Assembly: GCA_030704615.1 (NCBI GenBank)
Contig: CM060732.1
Location: 2,294,001-2,358,000, forward strand
Origin: Takakia lepidozioides
Lineage: Eukaryota > Plantae > Bryophyta
Length of the DNA stretch: 64,000 nucleotides
Reading direction: 5' to 3'
In this document: positions 39,693 to 51,542 of the stretch, one piece after another
Position numbering within the stretch: position 1 is the stretch's first letter
How the letters are laid out: each line of letters opens with the position of its first letter
Notes under the pieces: generated by a model
What the model was told of the DNA's origin: nothing
What the model saw: only the letters and a program-made list of their open reading frames with translations
Database searches by the model: none
Position numbers and translations under genes: made by a program

Positions 39693-41951
39693 TTGGGTCA
39701 AAATGTTGCACCTGCCGCCAACAACATATATGCTGCTAATAGTGCCACTACTCACCCTCATAATGCGATACCATGTTGTCATGCTCATGGTTTGAACACT
39801 CTGAACAGTATGCATGGTCAACCCCTTTGTCATATGATCCCTCAGTTGACCACACAGCCTTATCCAAAATATGCTATGGGCAAGGATTTTGAGGAATATC
39901 TTCAAATGTTTGAAGTGATTGCTGATATGAATGGTGTGCCTGAGAATTTCAAGATAGCTATCTTTCGGATGAGCATGAAGGGGCTAGCTCGTGATTTGCT
40001 GCATGCAGCATGACCTCAATCTCAATTGGACATCTCTGGTGGAATGGGCTAAAACCTTGTTCAAACCTCCTGAGCGACCTTTGGGCTACCTTACCAAATT
40101 GGGCGCTGGGACTTACCAGCTAGGGGAGTCCTTGTGGAAGTATTACATGAACCTTAAATTTGCTACTACAGAGAATATCATTGATCCAGTAGAAAAGGAC
40201 CGCATGGTTAAGGTATACTTCCTCCTTGGAGTACTGCCCCCTGCTATTCAGAATTGGGCCCAATATCATAAGTTTGTCAATGATAAGACCATGCTAGCAA
40301 AGGTCAATCTTAAGATGGCAAACTTGGCTAACAGCAAAGAGTAAGAAAGCTGCCAGCAATTCATCCCCTCCTTTAAACTAGGGCGACCTCTTGGGAAGGG
40401 GGCAAGAGGTCCACCATCTACCAACCCTACCTCTCTTGTTCCAATGCAAGCTGTTTTGTACACTAACTTCAAGGCTTTGCATTGTCCGTTCAGTAGGCAG
40501 TCTGCAGGGCAGCAGATCAGCCCACTCATGGCCCAATGCCACATCCATGAGTTGAGCTTTCCCTGCATAGTAGACACGAGGTGTACTATATCTGCTATAC
40601 CTTTGAATGTTGTGCGGGTTCTTGGTCTTAAATTATGCCCTACCTCTGGTATTGAAGTATTGATTGCAGATAGATCTAGGTATGAGCCTCTGGATCTGGT
40701 TACTGTGCCAATCAGAATTCACAAGAAAGAGGTTGTGGTTACCTGCATAGTTACCATTGGAGATCAATTTCTACTAGATCTTGACTGGATGACTGGAGCT
40801 AGTGCCACCATCAGTCTGGCAGACTACTCCTTTCACTTTAACAATGGTGAGGGCCATGAAGTAGTTGTACCCTTAAAGACAGTGAAACTCAAGGCTGGGT
40901 CAGCCACTACCAATCTCTCCAGAGTGCAGGCCCTGGTAAAAGAGGTACAACAAAACTCTCACTCCAACCTCAATTGGAATGACTTTTACAAATTTCAGCC
41001 TGACCTTCAGCTTTTGTATCAATGGCATGTTCCTAGTACTGGTGGCAGGACAGGGGTGCCCATAGCAGTTCCCAGAAATTCTACGCTGATTCGTGCACCT
41101 GTCAACCCATTCCAAAGAGTGGTTAAATCTGGCATTGCCTTCCTGATAATAGATAGAGGTTATAGGCAGGAGGTTAAGATTTTAATTGCTAATCCTGAGC
41201 GTTTTTCCTGTGACTATTAAGAAAGGGCAGGTCTTGGCTCGCATTACTATCTTACCCCTTGCTGAAATACAAGAAGTACAAACCAGCTTTGGGCTGGAGG
41301 CCATTGGCATTCAACATGGCCCCATAGATGTTGTTGCTGCAATTGTGCCCAATTGTCATGGTTGGTAAGAAAGATGGCACTACCCGCTTTTGTATTAACT
41401 TCAGGAATCTGAATGACATCACCAAGAATGATGCCTACCCTCTACCCAGGATCAATGAGACCTTGGATCAGTTGCACGGTGCCATTATTTTCTCCTCTCT
41501 TGATCTTGCATTTGGTTTTTGGCAAGTCCCTCTCACTGATGCAACAAAAAAAAAAAACTTCATTTGTGTGTCGCATGGGCAAATACCAGTATGAGACAAT
41601 ACCTTTTGGTCTGTGCAATGCCACATCTACATTCCAACGCCTCATGGACATTGTCTTGGGTAATCTTCGCTGGGAGTGTGCCTTAATTTACGTGGATGAT
41701 ATTAATGTATACTCAGCCAGTTTTTGTGCTCACTTGACTGATTTGCATCGTGTATTCAGCAAATTGCGCACTGCAGGCCTCAAGGTGAAACCAAAAAAAT
41801 GTGAGCTGTTTATGCCTGAGCTACACTTTCTCGGTCATGTCCTATCCAAGGATGGTTTGCTTCCTGATCCTGCTAAGCTTGAATATGTTTGGGGCTTTCC
41901 TATTCTCAGGGATAAACATTACATCAAATCCTTCCTTGGTCTGGCTTCTTA
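39693..41951 (+). pseudogene. gag, aspartic protease, dUTPase-like and RT (N-terminal part) of the large gypsy element
   Basis: DFEEYLQMFEVIADMNG (gag); CIVDTRCTISAI (PR); IIDRGYRQEVKILIAN..IKKGQVLARI (dUTPase-like); KKDGTTRFCINFRNLN, DAYPLPRI, IPFGLCNA, YVDD (RT). Confidence 0.88.
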
Positions 41952-44900
41952 CACTACAAGAGATGAGCGTTTTTAGGACTACGGCTTTGGCGGAGTCATA
42001 AAAACTGCACTAGGTAGATGACTACAGAGCGCTGAAATGCATTGCAGTCATAGTTTTATGACTTTGTAGTAATGGATATCACTACATGACTCCGGAAAGT
42101 TAGGGAGCATTGGTCAAACATTGTTGACCATGATGACAAGGATGGTTTATATGACTAATGTGATATGTTTGACTACACGTGGACGACGTTTCATGGAATC
42201 TTATGACTCCATGACTGAAGATGGTTTCACAGCTCTATTTATACGACTACATCACTACACGTGTCATTTTGAAGGCACATATAATGAAAATAAGGTTGCC
42301 CATTAGGTTTTAAAAAGTTAAAAAATTGCTAATAAGGTTGCCCATTAGGGTAATCGTGAACAGGGCTGGGACTTGGCGTTTTTTTGTCTTCTGCGCCACA
42401 CCACATAGCCGAGGGATGGAACGCGATGATAGCAGGATATGCAGGGGCGTGGGATGGAGGCATTGAGCAAATGATGCACGAAGGAGAAGAGGAGGAGGAG
42501 ACGAGACGAGGAGAAGCGGGCTCGCCATTCTTGGGAGAGTCAGCTTGGTCTTAGCATGCGTGTTTCAATCTCTGATTACTCAGCTACGCCGTAGTGGTTC
42601 GATCTCACAGACCAATCCGACATTACCTAACTACAGACACAAGCAGCACACACAAGAGGTCCTTTTAGGTTGATGGTCGGTCAAATCCTCCATGGGTCAA
42701 GACAGGTCAAGGACAATGTGGTAGGGTACCTTCTTCTTCAACCTATTTCAGCCTGTGTTGCCCTCTCATCAGACTCGGCCGCAAGATGCATATTGAATTC
42801 TGTAAGTTAGGTCGTTGGGTAGATCTGTGGTGGTTTGGAGTGACTTTGGCAAGTTACTGCCATTGTGGCAGCATGGAAGTATCCAAAAACATATAATAGA
42901 GGTGAGGAGAAGCTTTGGGGTGAACACTTTCTGACCCCAGTCAATGGTGGGACAATGGAGACAAAAAGGCGAATGCCTGTTGGACTACAGAGAGAAGCAG
43001 ATGCATTTCAGATTGTGATAAGTAGGGTTGGGGTGTTTTGGGGAAGAACTCCACACCAGCATGGTTGGGGTGTTTGCTGGTAGAATTCTAGTCTGTCAGA
43101 GGCATGGATAGCTGAAGGAGCAGGGATAGAGTGTGGGTCCAGATTCATCCAAGAGGGCTGGATTTCAAGCTCCACATTACCTATGATTCCCTGTGGAAGG
43201 ATAGCTACAAGAAACCTACATGGGTAGATGGTCAACTGGAAGCGGCAGCAGTAGCGGCACAATTGATAAGGTCAGGCACTTCTACTGAAGGCACCTCCTT
43301 CAGCACATTTCACCCTGTTTTTCCCTCTTATCCGTTTCTTGCGAGCTGTCTTCTCTTATCTGTTTGTCTGCCCAGTCTTCAGTGAATGCGTCAAGGCTTT
43401 GTGTTTTGGCTTCTTCCTCGCTTTTGTCACCTCTCCCATGAATTTCTCTGGTTGGCGCTCAAACCCTGCTGAGCTGTAGATGTTGTCCATGCCAATGCAT
43501 TCTTCTTCACCAAATCCATGTTTTTGCCCTAAATCCTTGATGTCTTGGCTGGATTTCTGCAGAATAGGCATCCCATCCCCTATTTTGGCCTTCTTTGCAC
43601 TTCCCCGTGTCAACATGTTGATGTGGGGTGTTGTTGTAGTCTTATTGGAGTGTGATCACTTATATGGTATATCTCGTCCAACTCATCCAGTGCCTCCAGC
43701 TCATTATGAGTGAACTGACATGATACTTGTGCTGTTGGCTGCATCATGTACTCCGTGCTTGGCAATGGGTAAGCTTCTCCTCCTTCCACGTACTCATTGA
43801 TCACTGCAAAAGGTACTCCATACATCTTCCCTTGAGGTCCTGCCCCTTTTTTTGCTTCTGTGATTGTTTCAGCTTTGCTGAAAATTTGCTAAGACCCATG
43901 TTGGGTTAGTGTGTGATGACTGTGTCTCATGTTATTACAGATTTTGCACAGTGTTCTTTGTTTGGGCCTTCTGATGCCTTGTCTGATGGACTCAGGTTTG
44001 TCAAAATCAACTTGTATCCATCTGCTTCCATGTTGTTGCTGTCAGCAACTTGTTCTTCTGCCAGCTGAACCCCGACAGGGCCTGGGTCTTCCCTTCTGCC
44101 CGCATCAGAGCATTTCGCAATGTCTGTAGTTGCTTCATCCTTCCTCAACTCCGCCCTCTCTTTGGCAGGTTGCGCACCTTCACCACCTTTGTTGTTTTTT
44201 GATTTGCACATGGTATCTGCTGCTTGCGTATCCTCATTATAGTATTGAATATGTCCTGTAGGCATTGGCCTTACAAAGCCATTGTGCTCACTCTGGGTTT
44301 GGGTCATAGAACTTGGTCTGACCACTGTCTATTGATGCATCAGAGACACACCCATGCTGTTGCTTCCATTCCATCCCTCTGGGTTCTCTTTCCAATCACA
44401 GATCGGCCCTAAATTTCCATGTTGAATTCTGCAAGTTAGCTTGTCGAGTGAATCTAGTTTGCAGCGAGTTTGACATGATACTGCCAATGTGACAACAGGA
44501 AAGTATGTAACAGAGATGAGGAGAAGCTGTGGAATGGATACTTTTGTGACCCCAGTTTAACGATGAGACAATTGAGGTAAAAAGGTGAATGTCTGTTAGA
44601 TTACAGAGAGTAACGACGCAATTCAACATAGGAACTAGGGTCATAAGCTGAGTTGGGTGTCTAGGCTGTTATTGTCAGCTGCTAGCAGCAAGGCAAAGAT
44701 GAATGTATGATTTGTGCAGACGCATGGATAGTTGAAGAAGCAGGGATAGAGAGTGGGTACAGATTCTTCCAAGAGGGCCAGATTTCAAGCCCAAAATTAC
44801 CTATGATTCCCTGTGGATCAATAGCCACAAGAAACCTGCATGGGTAGATGGTCAACTAAAGGCAGCAGCTGCAGCGGCACAGTTGATAAAACCAGGCACC

Positions 44901-44969
44901 TCAACCGTGACCACAGCTTCTGGAAGTAAATCAAGAGAGGGAGTCCACAATGTCTCTTCTGGCACTTAT

Positions 44970-46270
44970 GGGCATGTGAAGATGCTTTGTGAGGCAGGCA
45001 GACTGACAGAGGCTCTACAGACTTTAAACCAAGGAGGCATTTCAGCAGATTCAAATACGTATGTCTGTCTCTTGCATAAGTGCATCAAGGTGAAAGGCCT
45101 AGAAGCTGAAAATCAGGTGCAAACTCACATTATCCAAAGTGGATTCATGCTAAATGTTTTTCTCCTCAACACCCTTGTCAACATGTATGTTAAGTGCGGG
45201 AGCATCATGGATACTCACCAAGTGTTCAACAGAATGCCTCAATGATCTTTGATCACGTGGAATATAATGTTGGGAGGATTTACCAAGCATGGATGTGGTA
45301 GGAATGCTTTGGAGACCTATGAGCAAATGATGGGGGAAGGGGTGAAGCCCGATCACATCACGTTTGTGTGCGTTTGCAGTGCATGTGCAAGCCTGGCAGC
45401 CCAAGAGGTGCATGGTGACATCGTCAGAGCTGGAATCGTACCAGATGTGATCCTGAACACTGCCCTGGTGGACATGTATGCCAAATGTGGGAGCATCAAG
45501 GATGCAAAGGGAGTGTTCAACAATATGGCTGAACGAAATGTGGTGTCGTGGAGTGTGATGCTCGCAGGGTATACACAGCAGGGGCGCGAGATGGAGGCTT
45601 TGGAGACGTATGAGCAAATGATGTGTGAAGGGATGAAGCCCGACCACATCACGTTTGTGTGCGTTTGCAGTGCGTGTGCAAGCCTGGCAGCCCTAGAAAA
45701 GGGCAAAGAGGTGCATGGTGACATCTCAGAGCTGGAATCGTACCAGATGTGATCCTGAACACTGCCCTGGTGGATATGTATGCCAAATGTGGGAGCATCG
45801 AGGATGCAAAGGGAGTGTTCAACAATATGGCTGAACGAAATGTGGTGTCGTGGAGTGTAATGCTTGCAGGGTATACACAGCAGGGGCGCGAGATGGAGGC
45901 TTTGGAGACGTATGAGCAAATGATGTGTGAAGGGATGAAGCCCGACCACATCACGTTTGTGTGCATTTGCAGTGCGTGTGCAAGCCTGGCAGCCCTAGAA
46001 AAGGGCAAAGAGGTGCATGGTGACATCGTCAGAGCTGGAATCGTACCAGATGTGATCCTGAACACTGCCCTGGTGGACATGTATGCCAAATGTGGAAGCA
46101 TCGAGGATGCAAAGGGAGTGTTCAACAATATGGCTGAACGAAATGTGGTGTCGTGGAGTGCAATGCTCGCAGGGTATACACAGCAGGGGCGCGAGATGGA
46201 GGTTTTGGAGACGTATGAGCAAATGATGTGTGAAGGGATGAAGCTCGACCACATCACGTTTGTGTGCATG
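44970..46270 (+). pseudogene. PLS-class pentatricopeptide repeat (PPR) fragment, tandem units of about 303 bp
   Basis: LNTALVDMYAKCGSIEDAKGVFNNMAERNVVSWSVMLAGY..GMKPDHITFVC..SACASLAALEKGKEVHG; stop at 45243-45245 and frameshift near 45725. Confidence 0.93.
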
Positions 46271-46976
46271 TGTCGTGCGCATACATATCGCTACACAACT
46301 ACATCGCTGTCCAAAACCACACAACACATGTGCACACCACACACTAGTATACCACTAGTCCACCACTAGTCCAACCACTAGTCCAACCACTAGGCTACAA
46401 CTAGTCAGTCACTAGGCTGCCACTATGCTGCCCACTATGGCAGTCACTAGTCCACACAATGATAAAGAAGAAGAATACAAGCACAAGCTCATGCGAGCTC
46501 ACAAAGCTGAAGCATAAACTCATGCATATATAACCTCATCACTCAAATACAAGTCAAGCCAAGTGCACCCCACGCCATGGGGAATCCACACTACGGCGCC
46601 ATAGCTAGGCGCGGTGAGGCTCAACTCGAGAAAGATGAGCCTTCCGCGCTTGCCGTGAAGATAACCACTCCAGGGCCTAAATCTGCCTTGACCCCTGGAT
46701 TGACACTTGGGCCAATCCCAAATGTCAATATGTAAAAGCTAGCTATTTCCTAGCTAGTTTCACACTAGTGGTAAAATAACTTGACAGCTGTCGTGCGCAT
46801 ACATATCGCTACACAACTACATCGCTGTCCAAAACCACACAACACATGTGCACACCACACACTAGTATACCACTAGTCCACCACTAGTCCAGCCACTAGT
46901 CCAACCACTAGGCTACAACTAGTCAGTCACTAGGCTGCCACTATGCTGCCCACTATGGCAGTCACTAGTCCACACA
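46271..46976 (-). repeat. 3' terminal repeat block of the DNMT3 element (on the minus strand: A-gc-B-A)
   Basis: The two 188-bp A copies differ by about 1 nt; the 327-bp B matches 56290-56616 with about 5 mismatches. Confidence 0.92.
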
Positions 46977-47236
46977 ATCGCCCCCCTAGCTGGTGCTTAG
47001 GTCCCTCTAAGTCCAGGTAGCCACAAGATGTGATAGTGACCATAGCCTCACTAAGTCCTCCACCACTATCCCTACTACACTCAAACTCGATAGATCAAGA
47101 GGCCGGGTGCAAGAGTTGCCCCATCGTTAGTCGCCGTCTTGCAACCTGTGAACTTGAGCTTGGGATCTCATGTATTGACTCCTATGAGCTTGGCCTCCCA
47201 TGTCTTGTTAGCTGCCTCCAGTCATGTCCACTGCCA

Positions 47237-48606
47237 CTATCCCAAGCAGTGTGGACACAACCAATCTCCGTCAGGAATCTTCTCAAGAGGTGGTGTCAAG
47301 CATCCCATATGCCAACCCCTTGAGCATCGATCACACACCAGCATGGTGGCTGCCCCTTTGGCAGATCCACAGAGCATGCACCTCAAACCTGCAGGTACCA
47401 CTGCCAAGTTTGGGTCAACTCTGCCATCGACATTGGGAAGGTGACATGGCGCACAATTACGCACATGGTCCTTCCAAGTCATGCCATCCCGACCCTCTAA
47501 GATCAGGACCCCTGAGGGCAACACCTCTCGAACCCTCAGAATAACACGCCCTGCAGTAACATCCAGAGTCGTAGGAGCAGTCTGCTGCAAATAAACATAG
47601 TCACCAGGGCTAAACCTCCGAACCCCAGGACGATATCCTCCACCACGTATAGTGGCATACCTCAACGTATCACGGTGCTGTGCAATGGCAAGGTTCTCAA
47701 AAGCCATGGGCATGACTTTCTTGAACAACTCTGCACGCTGATCACATGCACGTACCCACACGTCCGGATCGTCAAGGTTAAGGACTTGAGCAGTGTCCCT
47801 ACGAATGGTTGCAGGCAAATCCGGCTCTCGGCCAAAGAGAAGGAAATATGGTGAGAAGGAGGCAAGTGATGCTTGTTTGCTGAACCTGTAGCCCATGGCT
47901 AACCAAGGAACCTGAAGATCCCAATCTCCTAGGTGTCCCTTCTGCAAGCCATACTTGCGCAAACCCCTCTTCACCGTCTGAACAACTCTCTCTGCCAAGC
48001 CATCGGCCTCAGGATGATCCCGAGAAGTGGTGCGGTGGTCTATCAAGGCTTTATCACACAAAGCCTGAAACTCCCCAAGAACTCTCTCACTTGGTCCGTG
48101 AGTACCTCAGCTGGAGCACCAAATCGGCTAAGCACACGATCCAAGAATGCATACGCAGCCCCCTCACTAGCCTTGTCAGGCAATGGAACCAACTCAATCC
48201 ACTTGGAGAAGTGCTCCACCATCACCAATACATATATGTGGTGGCGCATAGTCAGTGGCAACGGTCCTGCGAAGTCAAGACTCCACCTGTAGCCCAATCC
48301 CATGATTGGTAAAGGATGCAACTGTGGTGTAGGGGCGTTGAATAAAGCACGCACCCTGTCACACACCATGCACCTAGCCACGAACTGTTGCACCTCTGTA
48401 TGCATACCACGCCACCAATACTGCCCCTGCAGTAAAGTGTGAGTGCGTCGCACTCCAAAATGCCCCAACTCCTCATGGGCATGCCGCACTAACCGTGCAC
48501 GCTGTGTGGGGTGAGGCACAATCCTCACCCGACCATCCTCCCATGCGGAGGTAGTCCAACACAGCCGAATCCTCATGTATATCTCTGGCACCACCTGGCT
48601 CATCAC
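47237..48606 (-). pseudogene. Retroviral-type integrase (HHCC and DDE core) with C-terminal PHD finger
   Basis: HEELGH..CMVC; WSLDFAGPLP, VLTDQ, HPEADGLAERVVQTVK; PHD CMLC..CDRC..H..C..WLCPHC at about 47240-47380; one frameshift near 48050-48090. Confidence 0.92.
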
Positions 48607-49309
48607 TAGCCTCAGGGTCCTCAGACACTCCGTCTACAGTCATCCCTGTTGTAGGTCCAACCTGACCTCCCGATGCCAAGATACACAAAAATGCAGATGC
48701 GTGCCATCCCGACACCATCTCCTTGTCCGTCTCACCATGCCACCGAGCTCCAATGTCATCCTGCTGGCTCGTGCATGGATTGCGACTCAATCCATCCGCA
48801 TCCCGATTGACCAAACCCGGTCGATGCACAACCTGAACATGTCTCTCATGCTCCTCCACCGTAGCACGAGAGACAAAGCAATTCATGTAAGCCTCAGGAA
48901 CCGCCGTATACGTCGTCTCTCTCCTCTAGTGACAATAGGTCCAATGTCAGGCTCCCAATTGCCCTTTGTAACTGCAACCTTAAGTCCAGTAGACTTAGAG
49001 GTAGAGGGCGCGTCCCGTGGTTGCTATGCCGAAACCTCTTGAGTAGTACTCCCTGCCTGCTCAGTCAATGACAAGGTCTCATCCTTGAGGACCTCCTCAA
49101 CCTGAGAAGAATCCCCAACCTCATCCATCACAGCCGCCTTGGCTGCCAACTCCCTCTGAACCTCGAGCACCTCCCACGTGTGCCATGAATGCATGCACCC
49201 CGTGGTCCTCACATGCTCGCCCCCACTCACTGCCTGTACCGTCTCGGTAGGCAAAGAGACCATCAAGGGAAGTGTACTCCGCACTCTGTGTTGCTCAGCC
49301 AGAGCCAAG

Positions 49310-50260
49310 CTGATAATCCAGGTCAAGCAATTGAGATCCATTGCTTGCCCCAACACTTGACGACGTGATGCCTCAGAAAGAGACGACACCGCCGTGGTAC
49401 CAGTGGTAAAACCCTTTGCCCGCTCACGCTCGTCAGCATTAGGCTCCACTAACTGCTGCAACTGAGCATCCCACAGGAGGCCAGGTCCACTATCCCGGAA
49501 AACATGCGATCCTGGGAAGCTGAGCAGTGTAGGTAATGCTGCTCGTGGTTGACCCACCTTGTTGACCACTGCTAAAGGCGAACGGTCATCGTGTCTCACA
49601 CGCTGAGACTGCCTCCCTGTGTCCAAAATGTTATCCGCTGTGAGATGTGCTGGCCGCTGCACCCCATCAAATGCACGCTTGAGCAGTGCGGGTGGCATCA
49701 AGTTAGTCCACCATAGCCGGGACAATGAGCCCGTGACCCCACTGTAGCTGCATCTAGCAACACTGTTGACCCAAGCCACGACCGGACTTGATGCACACTG
49801 GCCATCACCCTGGCCCGAGAATCGCCCATCAGTGGCACATTCTCCAAGATGTATGCTGGAGATACAGCTTGATGAAGCTGCAAGTGGCGCAAAACCCGCA
49901 CCAAAACAGACCCGACCTCGAGTCTCGCAATCCATTGCCATGCCCGGCTGATGAATGCCCTTGGCAAGGCCAACCTGCCACTACCAGATCAATGGAGCCA
50001 ACCCGCTCCAAATCCTGCGCCCCCAGCAACGAAATGTCTGCTGGCAAGGCCTGCTGATATCCACAAATTGCAGACACCGACAACAACTCAGGGTACCGCT
50101 GCACCAACTGAGCAACATGGCGAAGTGAAACGCGTCGTGCAGTCTCATCCCTCTCCACATACAAGTAACACCGAACTCGTACACCTGCTTGTAACACAGC
50201 AGCCAATCCGGTGCTGATCCCGCCAAACAAGTCCAGAAGACAAATGCCTTCATCCGGATA
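49310..50260 (-). pseudogene. DNMT3-like C5 cytosine methyltransferase domain (frameshifted)
   Basis: Motif I LLDLFGGISTG; motif IV IDLVVAGWPCQGHS; motif VI YILENV; motif VIII region DAATVGSRAH..RLWWTNL; motifs IX-X ERERAKGF..SRRQVLGQAM. Confidence 0.9.
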
Positions 50261-50679
50261 CTGCCACACAATAGGTGTGGTGTCCAATGGAGACAATTGA
50301 GGTGGTCCTGGTGCAATCCCCACACTCTCCTCCTCTCCTGACGGTACAAAAGCCTCCACCCAGGCTTGTTGCACCCGTCTATCAGCATCCCGCTGCAAAT
50401 CCTTGCTCGTGCCCCACAATGGAGTCTGAGCAACCATGGTAGACAACTCCGCCATACCATACATGTCATCCTGCTCTCCCGGAGGTGGTACATCCTCTGA
50501 ATGAGTATTGCCCTCAAGCAACTCTCTAGACCAACTCACTGCCACTGTGAATGCTGCTAGTGTCGGCATCTTGCCTCGCTGGGCAACCGCAACTCCTCCT
50601 ATGAACGTCACAGGGAGCTGCACACGCCGGCCCTCCCCTGACTGCCATGCAGGCCTATAGGAAGCTGACTCCTCCCAAA

Positions 50680-50990
50680 AATCCAGGGTGAAGCCCATGG
50701 GGTACAACACTGCCCCACCAACCAGGACATCGTATGAGACCGCGTCTGTCACAATGGCCTTGGCTCGCATCACTGAGCCATTTGTAGGGTGATCCGGCCG
50801 TAGTCTGATAGCCAACTCACGCCGTGTCATGCCCTGAGCTTGCTCCGATCCTCCCAGAGACGTATGTATCTGGAAAGGACAGGGCTCCATATCGGCCTCC
50901 GTGAGGCCCAAGCCTGCAATATCAGCTCTGCCCAGCATTAGTGGCTGAGCTCCCGAGTCCAACAAGACCCGCAGTGGCCGGTACCTCTTG
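50680..50990 (-). pseudogene. Retropepsin-like aspartic protease, in frame with the MTase N-terminal half
   Basis: RVLLDSGAQPLM and YDVLVG in ORF 49829-51334. Confidence 0.85.
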
Positions 50991-51542
50991 CCTGCCGGTC
51001 CACTCAAACAGAAAATGCCATCCTGGTTGTCTAACATGACAACTCCAGGTGTCACCATGGCGCGCTCAATGGCTGGCCTAACGGACAGCTCCATCAACCT
51101 GGCAGCTGCAGCTTGCCATGGCGCCGCCGTGGCAGTCTTGACCCTCAAATCCGAGGATCCCTCCGACACTACACCTCCCACTATCTCCGCAGAAGATGAA
51201 GTAACCTCCCCACTCTCACAGAGTGTAGCTGCCAGCCTGAACACCTCAGCTGGTCTTACCCCCGGCGTCGCAATCATGGTAGCCGAGAACAATGGAGCCT
51301 GGCAGCACACTAGCTGCCGTAGCCTTGACAACACTAGGTAGTGGTGCTACCCGTGTAGTTCTCCCCAATGGCATAGTAACCTCCGCCTCGGTAACAGTCG
51401 GGCGAGAACTAGGTGCCATGGATGGCGTCGACACTGTCTCCGCCAATGTGAATGACTGAGGAAGCCTAGCCTGACGGCTTGCCTCCCCACGCTGTGGATC
51501 CAACTCCACCTCTGCATCTCGTGGCTTAGGAACTCGTGCTGC

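Noticed and set aside
45150-46342. Long minus-strand ORFs over the PPR array
   Set aside because: They are antisense shadows of the PPR repeats.
46271-46976. CRISPR-like reading of the CCACTAGT short repeats and the PPR or minisatellite periodicity
   Set aside because: Eukaryotic context, no unique spacers and no cas genes.
49310-50260. Bacterial restriction-modification methylase or contamination
   Set aside because: It is fused in frame with a retropepsin, has DNMT3-like motifs and is flanked by plant sequence.
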